Positions 1-13,740 are shown, counted from the first letter of the stretch. The stretch: 64,000 bases of DNA from the human T2T-CHM13v2.0 reference genome, Homo sapiens (GCF_009914755.1 NC_060937.1), one strand, 5' to 3'. Program-made: numbers and translations. Notes: generated by a model from the letters alone, not told the origin.

Positions 1-2691
1 AAGCAAGCTGAATTTGAGCAGAGGTACAAAGAGGAGATGGTACCTTTTCTCCTAAAACCATCCAAAAAAAATTGAAGACAAAGAAGTTCTCTCTAACTCA
101 TTCTATCAGGCCAGCATCATCCAGATACCAAAACCTAACATAGATACTACAACAACAACAACAACAACAACACATCATGCCAATGTCTTTGGTAAACACT
201 GTGCAAAAATCCTCAATAAAATACTGGCAAAACAAATCCAGCAGCACATTAAAAAGTTCATCCGCAACAATGGAGTTGGCTTTGTCCCCAGGATGCAAGG
301 TTGATTCAACATATGCAAATCAATAAATGTGACTCATCACATAAAGAGAACTAAATACAAAAACCACATGATTATCTCAATAAATGCAGAAAAAGCATCC
401 AATAAAATTCAGCATTCTTTCAGGTTTAAAATTCTCAATAAACTAGGAAGTGAAGAAACATACCTGAAAATAATAAGAGCCATATACAACAAACCCACAG
501 CCAATATCATACTGAATGTGCAAAAGCTAGAAACGTTCCACCTGAAAACTGGCACAAGAAAAGAATGCCCTCTTTCACCACTACCATTCAATATAGTATC
601 AGAAGCCTTGGCCAGGAAAATCAGGCCAGAGGAAGAAATAAAGAGTATTCTAATAGAAAGAGAGGAAGTCAAATTATCTTTGTTTGCAGATGACCTGATC
701 CTACATCTAGAAAACCTCATTGTCTCAGGCCCAAAGCTTCTTAAGGTGATAAGCAACAGTAGCAAAATCTCAGGATATAAAATCAATGTGCAAAAGTAGC
801 TAGCATTCCCATGCACAAACAACAGGCAAGCAGGGAGACAAATCATGAATGAACTTTCATTCACATTTGCTACAAAGAGAAAAAAATACCTAGGAATACA
901 GCTAAGAAAGAAAGTGAAGGACCTCTTCAAGGAGAACCACAAACAACTGCTCAGAGAAATCAGAGTGGACACAAAACAGATGGAGAAATATTCCATGCTC
1001 ATGGAGAGGAAGAATCAGTATCATGAATATGGGCATATGGCCCTAAGTAATTCATAGATTCAATGCTATTCCCATTGAACTACTGACATTCTTCAGAGAA
1101 TTAGAAAAATAAAAACTTTTAAAGTTCATATGGAACCAAAAAAGAGCCCAAATAGCCAAGCCAACCTTAAGAAAAAAAAAAAAAAGCTGGAAGTGTCACT
1201 CTACCTAACTTCAAACTATACTAGAAGAGTACAGTAACAAAAACAGCATGGTACTGGTATAGAAACAGACACATAGACAAATGAAACAAAGTAGAGAACC
1301 TAGAAATAAAGCCAAAAACCTACAACAACCTGATCTTTGACAAAGTTAACAAAAACAAGGAATTAGGGAAAGGTGTCCCTATTCAAAAAATGGTGCTAGG
1401 AGAACTGGCTAGCCATATGCAGAGAATTTAAACTGGAACCCTTCTTAACACCATGTACAAAAATTAACTCAAGATGGATTAAAGACTTAAATGTACAACC
1501 CAAAACTATAAAACCCTTAGAAGAAAAAATCTAGATAATACCATTCAGGATATAGGCATGAGAAAAGACTTTATGACAGAAAGGCAAAAAGCTATAGCAA
1601 CAAAAGCAAAAATTGACTAATGGGGTCTAATTAAACTAAAGAGCTTCTGCGGAGCCAAAGAAACTATCATCAGAGCAGACAACCTAGAGAATGGGAGAAA
1701 AATTATGCAACCTATCCATCTCACAAATGTCTAATATCCAGAATCTAGGAGGAATTTAACAAAATTTACAAGAGAAAAAAAAAAGGCCCCATTAAAAAAG
1801 GGTCAAAGAACATGAACAGACATATCTCAAAAGAGGACATACATGTGCCCAACAAACATGAAAAGCTCAACATCACTGATAACTGCATAAATACAAATCA
1901 AAACCATAATGAGATACCATCTCACACAAATTATAATGGCTATTAATAAAAAGTAAAAAAAAAAAAACAGATGCTGGCGAGGTTGTGGAGAAAAGGGAAC
2001 ACTTTTACACTGTTGGTGGGAGTGTAAATTATTTCAAGCATTGAGGAAGAGAGTGTGGAGATTCCTCAAAGACCTAGAAGCAGAACTACCATTTGACCCA
2101 GCAATACCATTACACCCAAAGGAATATAAATAATTCTATTTTAAAAATACATGTATACAAATGTTCATTGCAGCACTATTTACAATAGCAACATCATGTA
2201 ATCAATCTACATGCCCATCAATGATACACTGGATAAAGGAAATGTGGTACACATACACCATGGAACACTATGAAGCCATAAAATGTAATGAGATGATGTC
2301 CCTTGCAGGGACATGGTTGGAATTTGAAGCCATTACTCCCAGCAAACTAATGCAGGAACAGAAAACCAAACACCGCCTATTATTATTCTAACTTATTAGC
2401 AGAAGCAGATCAATGAGAACACATGGACACATCAGGAAGAACAACACACACTGGACACCTGTTTCATGGCATGGGGGAGGGGAAGGAGAGCATCAGGAAG
2501 AATAGCTGCGGATGCTGGGCTTGGTACCTGGGTGATGAGATGATCTGTGCAGTAAACCACAGTGGTACGCATTTATGTATGTAAGAGACCTGCATACTCT
2601 GCACATGGACCCCTAAACTTAAAATAAAAGTTGAAAAATAAACTTTATCACATATGGACCCCTGAACTTAAAATAAAACTTGAAAAAAAAA
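1..2691 (+). mobile_element. LINE-1 3' portion (degenerate ORF2 RT/C-terminal region and 3'UTR), older primate L1PA/L1PREC-type
   Basis: ORF 329-799 translates to L1 ORF2 RT ([33 protein letters not shown]). ORF 2161-2391 is the ORF2 C-terminus (MFIAALFTIA). The 3'UTR (gcatcaggaagaatagct...cccctaaacttaaaataaaagttg) ends in an A tail. Many frameshifts and stops. Confidence 0.95.
149..172. repeat. (CAA)n microsatellite inside L1
   Basis: acaacaacaacaacaacaacaaca read directly. Confidence 0.9.
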
Positions 2692-2937
2692 TGTGTTTCT
2701 GGTGGATTCTCTATGTTAGACCCAAACTGAGGATCTTGAAGCTCTCGCTGGGGGAATCGGGGATGGGGGCACACTGGGGAGCCGCTGCCAAGGCCAACCA
2801 CCCTCCCTACAAGCCACCTCCCTTCCCGGCCAGTATGGAAAGGAGAAGGGGTATGTGAACAGCTGTGGAGGTCAGAATCTCGGGAACTGAATCAGGCCCC
2901 AGCCCATGCCCCCCAGCCCAGCCCTCAGGATTGTTAG

Positions 2938-4570
2938 ATGGAACAAGGCTCCATCATCACCCAGGCATGGAGGGAAGATGCCCTGGTCCTTACCAAGCAA
3001 GGCCTGGTTTCCAAAGTCCTCTCCGAAGAGGCCTCATGTTTGCCACATCTTAAAAGTCCCCTTTCTGCTGTTCTTGCACGCAGCATGTTGGACAGTCAAG
3101 TTCCCCCGCTGAGCAATCCACACATAAGGAGGGAGTCAACACCATTGCTATGTCGGATCAGCTCCAGCGTCTCCAATATCAGTTTTATCAGATCCCAGGA
3201 ACCTGCCTGCTCCCAGAGGTGACAGAGAAAAATCAAGGAAGGATCTGTATGGTCACTGACCTGGATGAAACCCTTGTGCATAGCTCCTTTAAGCCAATCA
3301 GCAATGCTGACTGCCTAGTGCCTGTAGAGCTTGAGGGGACCATGCACCAGATCCATGTGCTCATGAGGCCTTATATGGATGAGTTCCTGACATGAATGGA
3401 GGAAATGTTTAAATGTGTTTTCGTCATTGCTCTCTTCTTCCCAGCCTGAACAAGTAGGCAGATCCTGTGACGGGTGAGCTGGACGGGTATGGGATGGTCT
3501 GGGGCTGCCTGTCCCATGAGTCATGTTTGTTTCACCAGGGCTGCTATGTCAAGGACGTCAGCCATCTGGGGAGGGACCTGAGGAAAACTCATCCTGGACA
3601 ACTCGCCTGCTTCTTACATCTTCCACACAGAGAATGCAGTGCCTGTGCAGTCCTGGTTTGATAACATTCCAGACAGCAGCTGCTGCACCTGATATCATTA
3701 TTTGAGGAGATGAGTGGAGGAGCAGAGGGTGTCTACACTAGCCTTGGGCAGCAGTGGGCCCTTAACCTTCCCTGCTTCCCAGCAATGGCCATCACAGTAG
3801 GGGATTTTCCCACACTGTGCCTTTATGAACAGCCTGAAAGAGTGAAGGCTGGAACACCTACCCACATGGGCCTGGAAACAGTGAGAAGTGATTGAAAAGA
3901 GCTTTAGGACAGCTTAGATGCCCAGTGGGTGAATGCCAGACCAAGGATACCCAGAGCTACCTGCCATCAAGTTGTTGGGTTCCCGAGATGGGGGTGTGAG
4001 AGAAAGAAAGACAGCATGTGTGTTTTGCTATGAACTGTGGCCCCAAGTATATAGTGTTTCAGTAGAGGAGAAGCTGAAGGACAAAGACTCTTCCCAAGCT
4101 AGCTTGTCTCCTCTCCTGTCACCCTATGAGCCCCTGAGATCCATAGGGATGAAGAGTATTGAAGGCTCCGTTGCAAACCTGGTCTTTCTTCAGTGCTGCA
4201 AGGCCTATGCCAAGGAGAAAGGAAAGGTATGCCTTTGGGTGTTCCAGGCACACATCTTTCTGAAATATTTCTCCAGCCAGTTGTTGCAGACAAAAGACGA
4301 CATTTCTGGGAAGATGGGGACTTATGTCCAGACGAGTACCCAAACTATCAGGTCTTCTGGCCCAAAGGCTATTTTTACTTACCTCTAGCCAAGTGCCTGG
4401 GATGGATCCTTTCTGCGTCTCACCAAGGCTCACCACTTAGCCATAGCCTCAAACCCGTGGGGAAGGAAGGTCTCCCCGCCCTGCAAGAGGACAAATAACT
4501 GATTTTTGTTCATTTGACTCTGTTTTAAAATTCTCTTTAAAAAAAAAAAAAAACAAAAAAAAGAAAAAGA
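2938..4570 (+). pseudogene. CTDSP2: Processed pseudogene of CTDSP2 (SCP2 CTD small phosphatase): CDS remnant 2938-3765, partial 3'UTR, A tail
   Basis: Frames read MEQGSIITQAWREDALVLTKQGLVSK / [47 protein letters not shown] / [24 protein letters not shown] / SGGAEGVYTSLGQ. These are colinear with CTDSP2 and intron-free. Frameshifts, in-frame TGA at 3393, A tract from 4539. Confidence 0.95.
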
Positions 4571-4904
4571 AAGCATATCTGAAACTTAAAAAAAAAAAAC
4601 AAGGAAAAAAGATGAAAAAAATGACATACTTACATAGGTGAAAAACACATAGATATATCTATAAGCAACAAACACAGCTAATTCAAATATAAATTAAATA
4701 TCACATTGTCATAATGTGTACCGAGTTAAAAAATTATCATTCAACTCATGATATCAAGCTTTAAAAGCAAAAATACAATTAACTGCTCTGAGAAAACATA
4801 CCCCCCCAGAAAAGAAACACAACAACACAGAACTGAAAATAAGAAGAGAGATTTTAATGCATAAAATCCTGAATACAACATAAATATACAATGAAAAATA
4901 AGCC

Positions 4905-5198
<294 letters not shown>

Positions 5199-6449
5199 TG
5201 AAAAATAACCCTTTAGATATCTACAGCTTTAAACTGTGTGCAGTCATGAAAAGCAGACATTGGAAGTCATTGGCATTTAATAAATTGCAGAAAAATTATA
5301 CAGTAAATACATTACAATCATTAATAATAGGCTCTAATGAGAAGAATTTAATAAATAATCATTAAAAAGACAGCAGAATTTTATCTGTTCTCAATATGTT
5401 GCTGCTCTTCTTATCAAATACTATAATAAAACTATATGACTATAATATAGCTTTCAGGAGCTAAAAAAAGCCTTATATTTTCAAATAAAAGAACAATATA
5501 AATTTTGCAAAATACAATGAGCATTACTGAAGTATAAAGTAAATATTTGGAATTAAAATATATGGTCATTTAGATACAGACTAAAAAAGAATAGAAATCT
5601 TAATGATTCCTTTCTGCCTACAGTGAGCTTAAAATTACAACCAAAAATTTTAACAAATATGTAGCACCTACAAGAAATTTTATTAACAGCTTACATAATG
5701 TATAAATTTGAGCAATTTATTTTAGAACTTTTGAATCTGAAAATCACCTGCTTGACATTCATTTGAGAAAGTGAAACATAAAGGAGAGTAACATAAGCAA
5801 GACGACAGAATGTGAGGTTCTGCATCCACATCCCCCACGACATAATGCAGCTGCCACAGCAAACGTAAGTGCATTCATGAAAGCCTTGGAATCCAGTTCA
5901 GAGTTTGTGGCACCCAGCTGGAGGCAAAGACCAAGGAAGACATTTTCAGAGGGTGAGCACTTGACCAAGTGGCAAGCTTGCCAATCATGGTCCCGGCTTC
6001 AAAACAGAATACTGCCACATCTTACTGTAGACTTGGCTATAACTCATTTGACCTTGGTCCTGCCACTGCAACAATCTGTGAAAAACACAAGAGAATTCAT
6101 ACTCACCTGAGACTTAGGTGACAGGCCTGCAGAACTTGGTTCTCTCTATAGTCACTGAGTCAGGCAAAACACACCTTCTTTCCTTCTCCAGCCATGGTCT
6201 GGAAGAAATCTTCACATTGATATGATGAAATGCTAACTAACAATATGAAAAATACTAAAGTATAAATGTCACTAAAATGGTAAATACATACTGAATTTCA
6301 GAATACCATAAATTGTTATCATCTTAAACTAGACTATTAAAATACAAGATGTTTTACCTAAGTCTCATGATAACCACTAGGAAAAAAAAACTGCAGTAAA
6401 GAAAAAGAGAAAGTAATTAAAGCATACACAAACAACAAAAATTACACAT

Positions 6450-6668
6450 TGGATATGGTGTCTCCTGCTTATAATTCCAACACTTTGGGAGGCCAAGGTG
6501 GAAGAATGAAATCTCCTTGGGTGTTGTGGTACGTGTCTGTAGTCCAAGCTACTTGGGTGGCTAAGGTGGGAGGATTATTTGAGCCCAGGAGGTTGAAGCT
6601 ACAGTGAGCTGTGATATGCCACTGCACTTCAGTCTGAGCAAGAAAGCATAACTTTGTCTCAACAAAAA
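6450..6668 (+). mobile_element. Old, internally deleted Alu (AluJ-like)
   Basis: cactttgggaggccaaggtgg...gagcccaggaggttgaagctacagtgagctgtgat. Confidence 0.8.
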
Positions 6669-6810
6669 TGAACAATACCACAGGAAAGACAGAACCAGAA
6701 AAAAAAGAAGCAAACTTAAAATGGACAGAAAACTACAAATTTACAATAGTAACTCCTTACCTATCACTACCTTACAAATAAAAAGATTAAAGTATCTACT
6801 AAACAGATAC

Positions 6811-7179
6811 TGCTGTACACTGAATGTCATCTCCAAAATTTAGGATAAAATTTAATAGCCAACATGTTAGAATTAAGAGGTGGAACCTTTAAAAATTAAT
6901 TAAGCTCTAAGAACTCTGCCCTCATGAATGGATTAATGTTCTTATTATGGGAATGGGCTAATTATAACAAGAATGGATCTGTTATATATTAAAAAAAAAA
7001 GCTCTCTCTCCCTCACATCTTTGTCTATGTTATTATCCAGCAACTAGACCTTCAACATATACCAGTATCATGTTGTTTTGGCTTCCCAGCCTCCAGAATC
7101 ATAAGTCAAATAAAATTCTATTCTTTATTAATTACCAGTGTGTGATATTCAGTTATAGCAGCCAAAAGAGACTAAAGCA
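6811..7179 (+). mobile_element. MaLR solo LTR (MST/MLT1A-like)
   Basis: Starts tgctgtacactgaatgt; contains ccctcatgaatggattaatg and cttcccagcctccagaatc; ends ttatagcagccaaaagagactaaagca. Confidence 0.8.
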
Positions 7180-7560
7180 GACAGAGTGGATAAATTAATC
7201 GTTTAAACCTCGTAATATGCTGCTTACAAGAGACTCAATTATGAATTAAGAGCATAGGCTAAAAGTGAAAGGATAGAAAATGATATTCCATGCAAACAAT
7301 AACCAAAGGAGTGCAACGGTAATGCTTAAATTAGACAAAATAGACTTTCTAGCAATGTCTCTCACAAGCATGAAATGAGTTTACCATAGAATAATAATAG
7401 AGGTTAATTTCTCAAGAGAATATAGCTTTATATATTTATGCACCCAAAAGGGAGGCTTCTAAATATAAAAAGCAAATATTGCCAGAACTGTAGGGAGAAG
7501 TAGAAAGAAACCAAATAATAGAAAACTTTAATGAAATGTATAATAAAGGACATATAGTTA
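7180..7560 (+). mobile_element. Old L1M fragment (ORF2 endonuclease region); further L1M-like sequence at ~5750-6810
   Basis: tgctgcttacaagagactc...ataggctaaaagtgaaaggatagaaaatgatattccatgcaaac is typical of L1 EN-coding sequence. Confidence 0.7.
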
Positions 7561-7744
7561 ACAGCATTGTAAATTGGCAAGGGAAAGCTGGTCTCATGTG
7601 TTGCATTTGAGAATGCAGCAAAGAAAGTGGGAACTGATAATTTTACTGCAAGCCTGAGTTAGGATGAAAAACAGGGTGGTCGATTAGAGGTTCCACTTGC
7701 CATACATTAAAAAAACACAGGAGAAAACCAGTCCTCCTCTGGAG

Positions 7745-8134
7745 TGTTAAAATAATTAAAGATCAGAAAATTAGTCTAAAGTGGCTCTAGTGCCCTGTGT
7801 TCATAGGTAAAAAACAAAAAACAAACAAAAAAAAATCTAAAACCTAACTCAAATATATTTCCTATAAAACACTATCTTAGCCTGAAGCAAAATGCAGGTT
7901 TAACCCATGACAAACATGCAATTAACCTCTGAATATGTAACCAGGACATTTCCATCTGGATAGTTCAAATAAGGCTACCATATAACTGGAACCAATTCTT
8001 GAATTTGGGCTGCTTTCTCATGCATCTTATGAAAGCCTTTCCTTTATGCCCCTCTGGTGGACCAGAAATCATGGCTGGGTGCTTTCCATTTCACCAATCA
8101 CTCTTTGTTCAGATAAACTGGTTAACGTTTAACA
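7745..8134 (+). mobile_element. ERV1-class solo LTR (MER57-like)
   Basis: tgttaaa...tttaaca termini, internal aacctaactcaa and gtaaccaggacatttcca. Family assigned from memory. Confidence 0.55.
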
Positions 8135-8149
8135 TAGACTCCCGTTAAT

Positions 8150-8800
8150 TTTTAACAAGAGAGACTGGGGACCCCACGGGCCGCAGCTCCTCCCACGCAA
8201 ACACCCAGTCGCGGTTTTTCCCTGATGACCCACCAGGCCTCCCTGAACAATCTGGGAAATACTCATGGCTGTGGGCGCAGAGCAGGGCGCTGCCCAGGGA
8301 CAGGACCGGATGGGCCGGACGGGACGTGGGGCCCTCGCTGCTGGCCCAGCGGCCATCTTGCAGCCACAGGGGACTGAGGGCCAAGCTGCGGGAGACTCGG
8401 AGCTAACCGTGGGGAGGCCGGTCCTGCCGGTTTCACAGTCTGTTCTCCCCTCTCGGGATGGCGAACCCCGTATACTCACCATTTCCCAGCTTCCAGGATG
8501 TCCTGGCACCTTGACTATGCGTCCCCAAGGACCTACAGATCACAGGGCAACAGGGGCTGTGAGAGAGTAGCCCGGGGCTCCCAAGGTGCAGGAGGCGAAA
8601 GAGGAGACGGATCCCAAGCTCCTGTGCCAGCACCAGCGAGAGACACAGATCCCGCCAAACGCCGAAAGCCACGCCCTCCTTTCCTGTCCTCTCCAACTGC
8701 GCGCCTGATTGGGCGGTTCCCACATCAGTGTCAATGATTGGATAAAACTCCAGGACGCACCCACCCGAGCCTGACTCCTGCCCTTACCCCCACTCCCCCT
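8150..8800 (-). promoter_or_regulatory. CpG-island promoter with KRAB-ZNF-type exon 1 (left copy), directed away from the IR centre
   Basis: CpG-rich. CCAAT boxes (ATTGG at 8708 and 8737), GC box ccacgccc at ~8669. Exon 1 ends ggacatcctggaagctgggaaATG|gtgag (ATG 8482-8480, donor 8479), the hallmark of KRAB-ZNF first exons. YY1-like CAAGATGGCCGC at 8349-8360. Confidence 0.85.
8480..8665 (-). ncRNA. Putative first exon of a DJ lncRNA (disnor187/disnor238-like), derived from a KRAB-ZNF exon 1
   Basis: ZNF-type 5' leader (ggcgtttggcgggatctgtgtctctcgctgg) to a GT donor at 8479. The lncRNA identity is inferred from the locus geometry. Confidence 0.5.
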
Positions 8801-9624
8801 CAGCCTTAGTGCACTTTTGTTAGTTTGTTTTTCTTTAAGTTCTGGAATACATGTGCAGAACGTGCAGGTTTGTTACATAGTTTTACATGTGCCATGGTGG
8901 TTTGCTGCACCTATCAACTTGCCATCTAGGTTTTAAGCCCCACATGCATTAGGTATTTGTCCTAATTTTCTCCCTCCCCTTGACCTCAACCCCTTAACAG
9001 GCCCCAGTGTGTGATCTTTGGTTCCCGGTGTCCATGTGTTCTCATTTTTCAACTCCCACATATGAGTGAGAACTTACGGTGTTTGCTTTCCTGTTCCCGT
9101 GTTAGTTTGCTGAGGTTAATGGTTCCCAGCTTCATCCACGTCCCTGCAAAGGACATGAACTCATTCTTTTTATGGCTGAATATTATTTCATGGTGTATAT
9201 GTGCCACATTTTCTTTTTCCAATCTATCAATGATGGGCATTAGGGTTGGTTCCAAGTCTTTGCTATTGCAAACAGTGGTGCAATAGACATATGAGTGCAT
9301 GTGTCTTTATGCTAGAATGATTTATATTCCTTTGGGTATATATCCAGTAATGAGATTGCTGGATCAAATGGTATTTCTGGTTCTAGATCCTTGAGGAATC
9401 ACCACACTGTCTTCCATAATGGTTGAGCTAATTTACACTCCCTCCAGCAGTGTAAAAGTGTTTCTATTCCTCCACAGCCTCACCAGCATCTGTTGTTTCC
9501 TAACTTTTTAATAACTGCCATTCAACATGGTGTGAGAAGGTATCCCATTGTGGTTTTGATTTGCACTTCTCTAGTCTCCAGTGATGATGAGCTTTTCTCT
9601 TTTTTGTGTTTGTTGACCACATAA

Positions 9625-10049
<425 letters not shown>

Positions 10050-11598
10050 AAATATCTTCTTTTGAAAAGAGTCTGTTTATATTCTGTGCCCACTTTTTGA
10101 TGGTTTTTTTTGTGTGTGTGTGTGAATTTGTTTAAGTTCCTTGTAGATTCTGGATATTAGACCTCTGACACATGGATAGAGTGCAAAAATTTTCTTTCAC
10201 TCTGTAGGTTGCCTGGTCACTCTGGTGATAGCTTCTTTTGCTGTGCAGAAGCTCGTTAGTTTAGTTAGATCTCATTTGTCAATTTTAGCTTTTGTTGTGA
10301 TTGCTTTTGGTATTTTATTCATGAAGTCTTTGCTCATGCCTATGTCCTGAATGGTATTGCCTAGGTTTTCTTCTAGGGTTTTTATGGTTTGGTGTTTTAC
10401 ATTTAAGACTTTAATCCATCTTAAGATAATGTTTGTATAAGGTGTAAGGAAGGGGTACAATTTCTGTTTTCTGAATGTGGCTAGCCAGTTCTTTCAGCAC
10501 CATTTGGTAAGTAGGAAATCTTTCCCCATTGCTTGTTTTTGTCAGGTTTGTCGGAGATCAGATGGTTGTAGATGTGTGATGTTATTTCTGAGGCCTCTGT
10601 TCTGTTCCATTTGTCTACATATCTGTTTTGGTATCAGTACTGTGCTGTTTTGGTTACTGTAGCCTTGTAGTATAGTTTGAAGTCGGGTAGCAGGATACCT
10701 CAAGCTTTGTTGTTTTTGCTTAGGATTGTTTTGGGTTGACAGGCAAACAGGCTCCTATATTTGGGGTCACATGCCCAGAGTATCACAGCTAATTCAGACG
10801 TGAGCTGAGACTTGAAATGCACATGCTCTTTCCCTTACCTGGGTCTGTTGTATAATGCATCTTAGCAGCTATGTAACAGTAGGAATTAGAATATTTAGAC
10901 ATCTTTTTAGCAACTTTTTAACCTGCATTTTTGTAACGCGGTAAAGACCTTCATCCCATCCCTGAGCCCCTCTCTCACAACACTGCACCCCATTGCTGAC
11001 CACACTGTTGTGTGGCCATTAGGAATCAGGGGGGCAGCGGGGGCTGGAAATAAATAAGAAAGGATTATGTTGCCCAAATTTGCTCACCTTAGAAAGTCTC
11101 CTCAACTATTCTGTGTGAGGTGATTTTTCCAAGGTAATTGTGCCCTGACTGCGCTGGATGTCAGTGTGTCTTGTCTTTTTGAAAATCACTGGATTACTCT
11201 CATGAACGGGGTATTTCTCTTTCTATTTGAAAACGGTCAACTGTCCTCTGCAGGTGTCCTGATTTGCTAGTTTAGACACTGAAGGTAGCGGTGAGAAAAT
11301 ATTTGGGCCACATCAGAATACCTATTCTCAGCTGGAGGATATATAGAAATTTCTTAATAATATCTAACCATTTTCTCAATAACCATTATATTTAACATTG
11401 ATAGCTTGGAGGGCAGGGAAGGACACAGATGACACAATCTTCAAAGTTTAATTTATTTATAAGGTTTTTTTTTGTTTGTTCTTTTTCAGTTTTGCTTAGT
11501 TTTTGGATACAAGGTCTTGCTCTCGTGCCCAGGCTGGAGGGCAGTGGCATAATGATAACTCATAATTTGGTTGTAACAGTTCTTTAAAATATATTTTT

Positions 11599-11860
11599 GC
11601 TGAGAGTGCTAGCTCACACCTGTAATCTAAACACTTTAGGTGGCCAAGGTGGGATTATCGCTTGATCCCAGGAGTTCAAGACGAGTCTGAGCAACATAAG
11701 TAGGCTCAGTCTCTAGAAAAAAATTAAAAAATTGTCTGGGTGTAGCTTTGCATGCCTGTAGTCCCAGCTACTTGAGAGGCTGATTTGAAAGCATCACTGG
11801 AGCCTAAGAATTTGAAGATGCAGTGACCCATGATTCAGCCACTGCATTGACAGAGTGAGA
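11599..11860 (+). mobile_element. Old Alu (AluJ-like), preceded by an antisense Alu/FLAM fragment at ~11490-11562
   Basis: gctcacacctgtaatctaaacacttt...gtagtcccagctacttgagaggctga. Confidence 0.8.
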
Positions 11861-13643
11861 TATGTGTGTGTGTCTGTGTGTGTGTATAAAGAATTTGTAT
11901 GTGAAAAAAATTCAAGCACAGGAGAAAAGTGAAAGCCCATGGTGGGGGATGTGGAGAAAGGTCAGTGTGGCTCCAGCACCTCAGTGCGACTTGGTTTTCC
12001 ATCTTGAAGAATTGCCCATCCACACTGAAACCATAGCCTAACATATGCCAGTTCTCACACTACACCTGCTGGGATACCAGTATGTAGCCTTTTGAAAAAA
12101 ATAAAATCTTTCACCTAAGAGAAGGACAAGAGAAAACGAGGGTTTCACATCTAAAGCCTTCATTTTCTTTATGAATCAACAGCCACTTGTCATTTGAATT
12201 GTCCAGAGGCGACTGACAGCACTAATACACTTAATGAATCAACCAGGAAAAATGGGCCTCTCAGGTGAGGAGGAGGCACAATGGTCACAAAACCCAATCC
12301 GTTCTCAGCTTTGCATGGTGCTCGCATCTCAAGAAGTGGTGTTAGCCATGTGAACCGTGTTCACTGGACAAGGCCAGAGGAAAGAATATTTAGTACAACA
12401 CAACTATGGGGCTGCAAATCAAACTGGTAGTGAGAGCATGCATGAGGCTTCAGTGGCCGAGACACTGGTGACTACCCTTCGGTGTCACTTAAACCTTTGA
12501 GGTGAAGGACATCTTTTTTCCCAACTGGCTCAGAGAAACTAATCAACATTAAAATTGAGATTTGTTTTTCTTTTCAAAATTTCTAAGACATAGGGGACTC
12601 TCTAACACTCAAAAAGACATTCAGCTATACATGCAGCTGAGGACCTGCCTGCTCTGTAGAGGGATGGCAGAGTAGCAGCCACCAGATTTAGTAGCTTTAA
12701 GATCCTCCTCTCATAGGGACAGGCCACCCCCACACAACCCCCCTAACTTCATAGGCTCTGGCTGTCAGGTGCACCTGGGGGACTGTCTTCCTCCCATCTC
12801 ATTAGCTCTCGAAGACAGTCCAGCTCAATCTAAAACCTACCTTAGGATGGCGAGTTGTAGGCTCTCCTCCATTCTCCCAGCGCAGTGTGACTTCTGGAGA
12901 GTGCATCTCCATCCTCTTACCTCAGATGATGTGAAAAGAGCCGTTTCCCGGGCAGTTAGATGTTCAGTGACATAACAGGCCCAGCATGCGCAGGGCCTGG
13001 CCCCACAGCCTGGCACCTCTCCCCTACCTGGCCTTCACGCTGGACTTTTCTCTTCTGCCACAAATATCAGGTGATGATCACCTTTGCCACACTCTCATGA
13101 GCTTGGTAAGTATCAGGGGTGTAAACGCCAACAGATTTCCTGTGACTCTACCCTCTTACCACCCACTCAAGTGACATTATAAGCATACTTTTACATTTGA
13201 TCTTATTTATGCATATTTTTTTATAACATTTCTGACAACAGCCCACACAACGAAATGAGTCTGGGTTACAGAACACATGGGCGAGGCTGGGGTAGCAGGT
13301 TTCACTTACTTTATTCCAATGTGAAATGAAGATTGATGATTTAAAAACAAGACAAAGTTGTTTATCAGCTGTGGGGTGGCTACACTTGCTAGCTCATGCT
13401 CACTTCCTTTGAAACAAGGTATCTGGACAGACCATACTCATAAGTAGCTCTTCGCAAAACCCCAGACAGAAGCCCCAGTCAGACACAGCTCCCTCAGGCT
13501 CACAGGGCAGCAACCTCCTCCTCCATGTTAGGCTCTGACAGCAGGCAAGGGAAGAAGCACAGGCAGCAGGGGACAGGGAGATGTCCCGGACTGTAGGGAT
13601 CCCCAAATGCCCCAGAGCTATTCTCTGTAGAAGGGCACATGCA

Positions 13644-13740
13644 GGTCTCACTGTGTCAGTGCAGTGACTGAATCATGGGTCACTGCAGCCTCAAACTCTT
13701 AGGCTCCAGTGATGCTTTCACCTCAGCCTCTCAAGTAGCT
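13644..13740 (-). mobile_element. Alu right-arm fragment, an inverted copy of 11766-11860
   Basis: Shares private variants with the 11.8 kb Alu (aaagcatcactggagcctaaga, gacccatgattcag, deleted ccagcctggg). Confidence 0.75.

Noticed and set aside
329-799. 156-aa ORF with an RT motif as a functional reverse transcriptase
   Set aside because: Fragment of a frameshifted old L1 ORF2 (FADD intact but the flanks are broken).
8129-8570. Overlapping 100-130 aa ORFs in the CpG islands (also 59965-60407)
   Set aside because: GC-rich, stop-poor sequence reading through the exon-1 donor into intron; frames are not conserved between arms.
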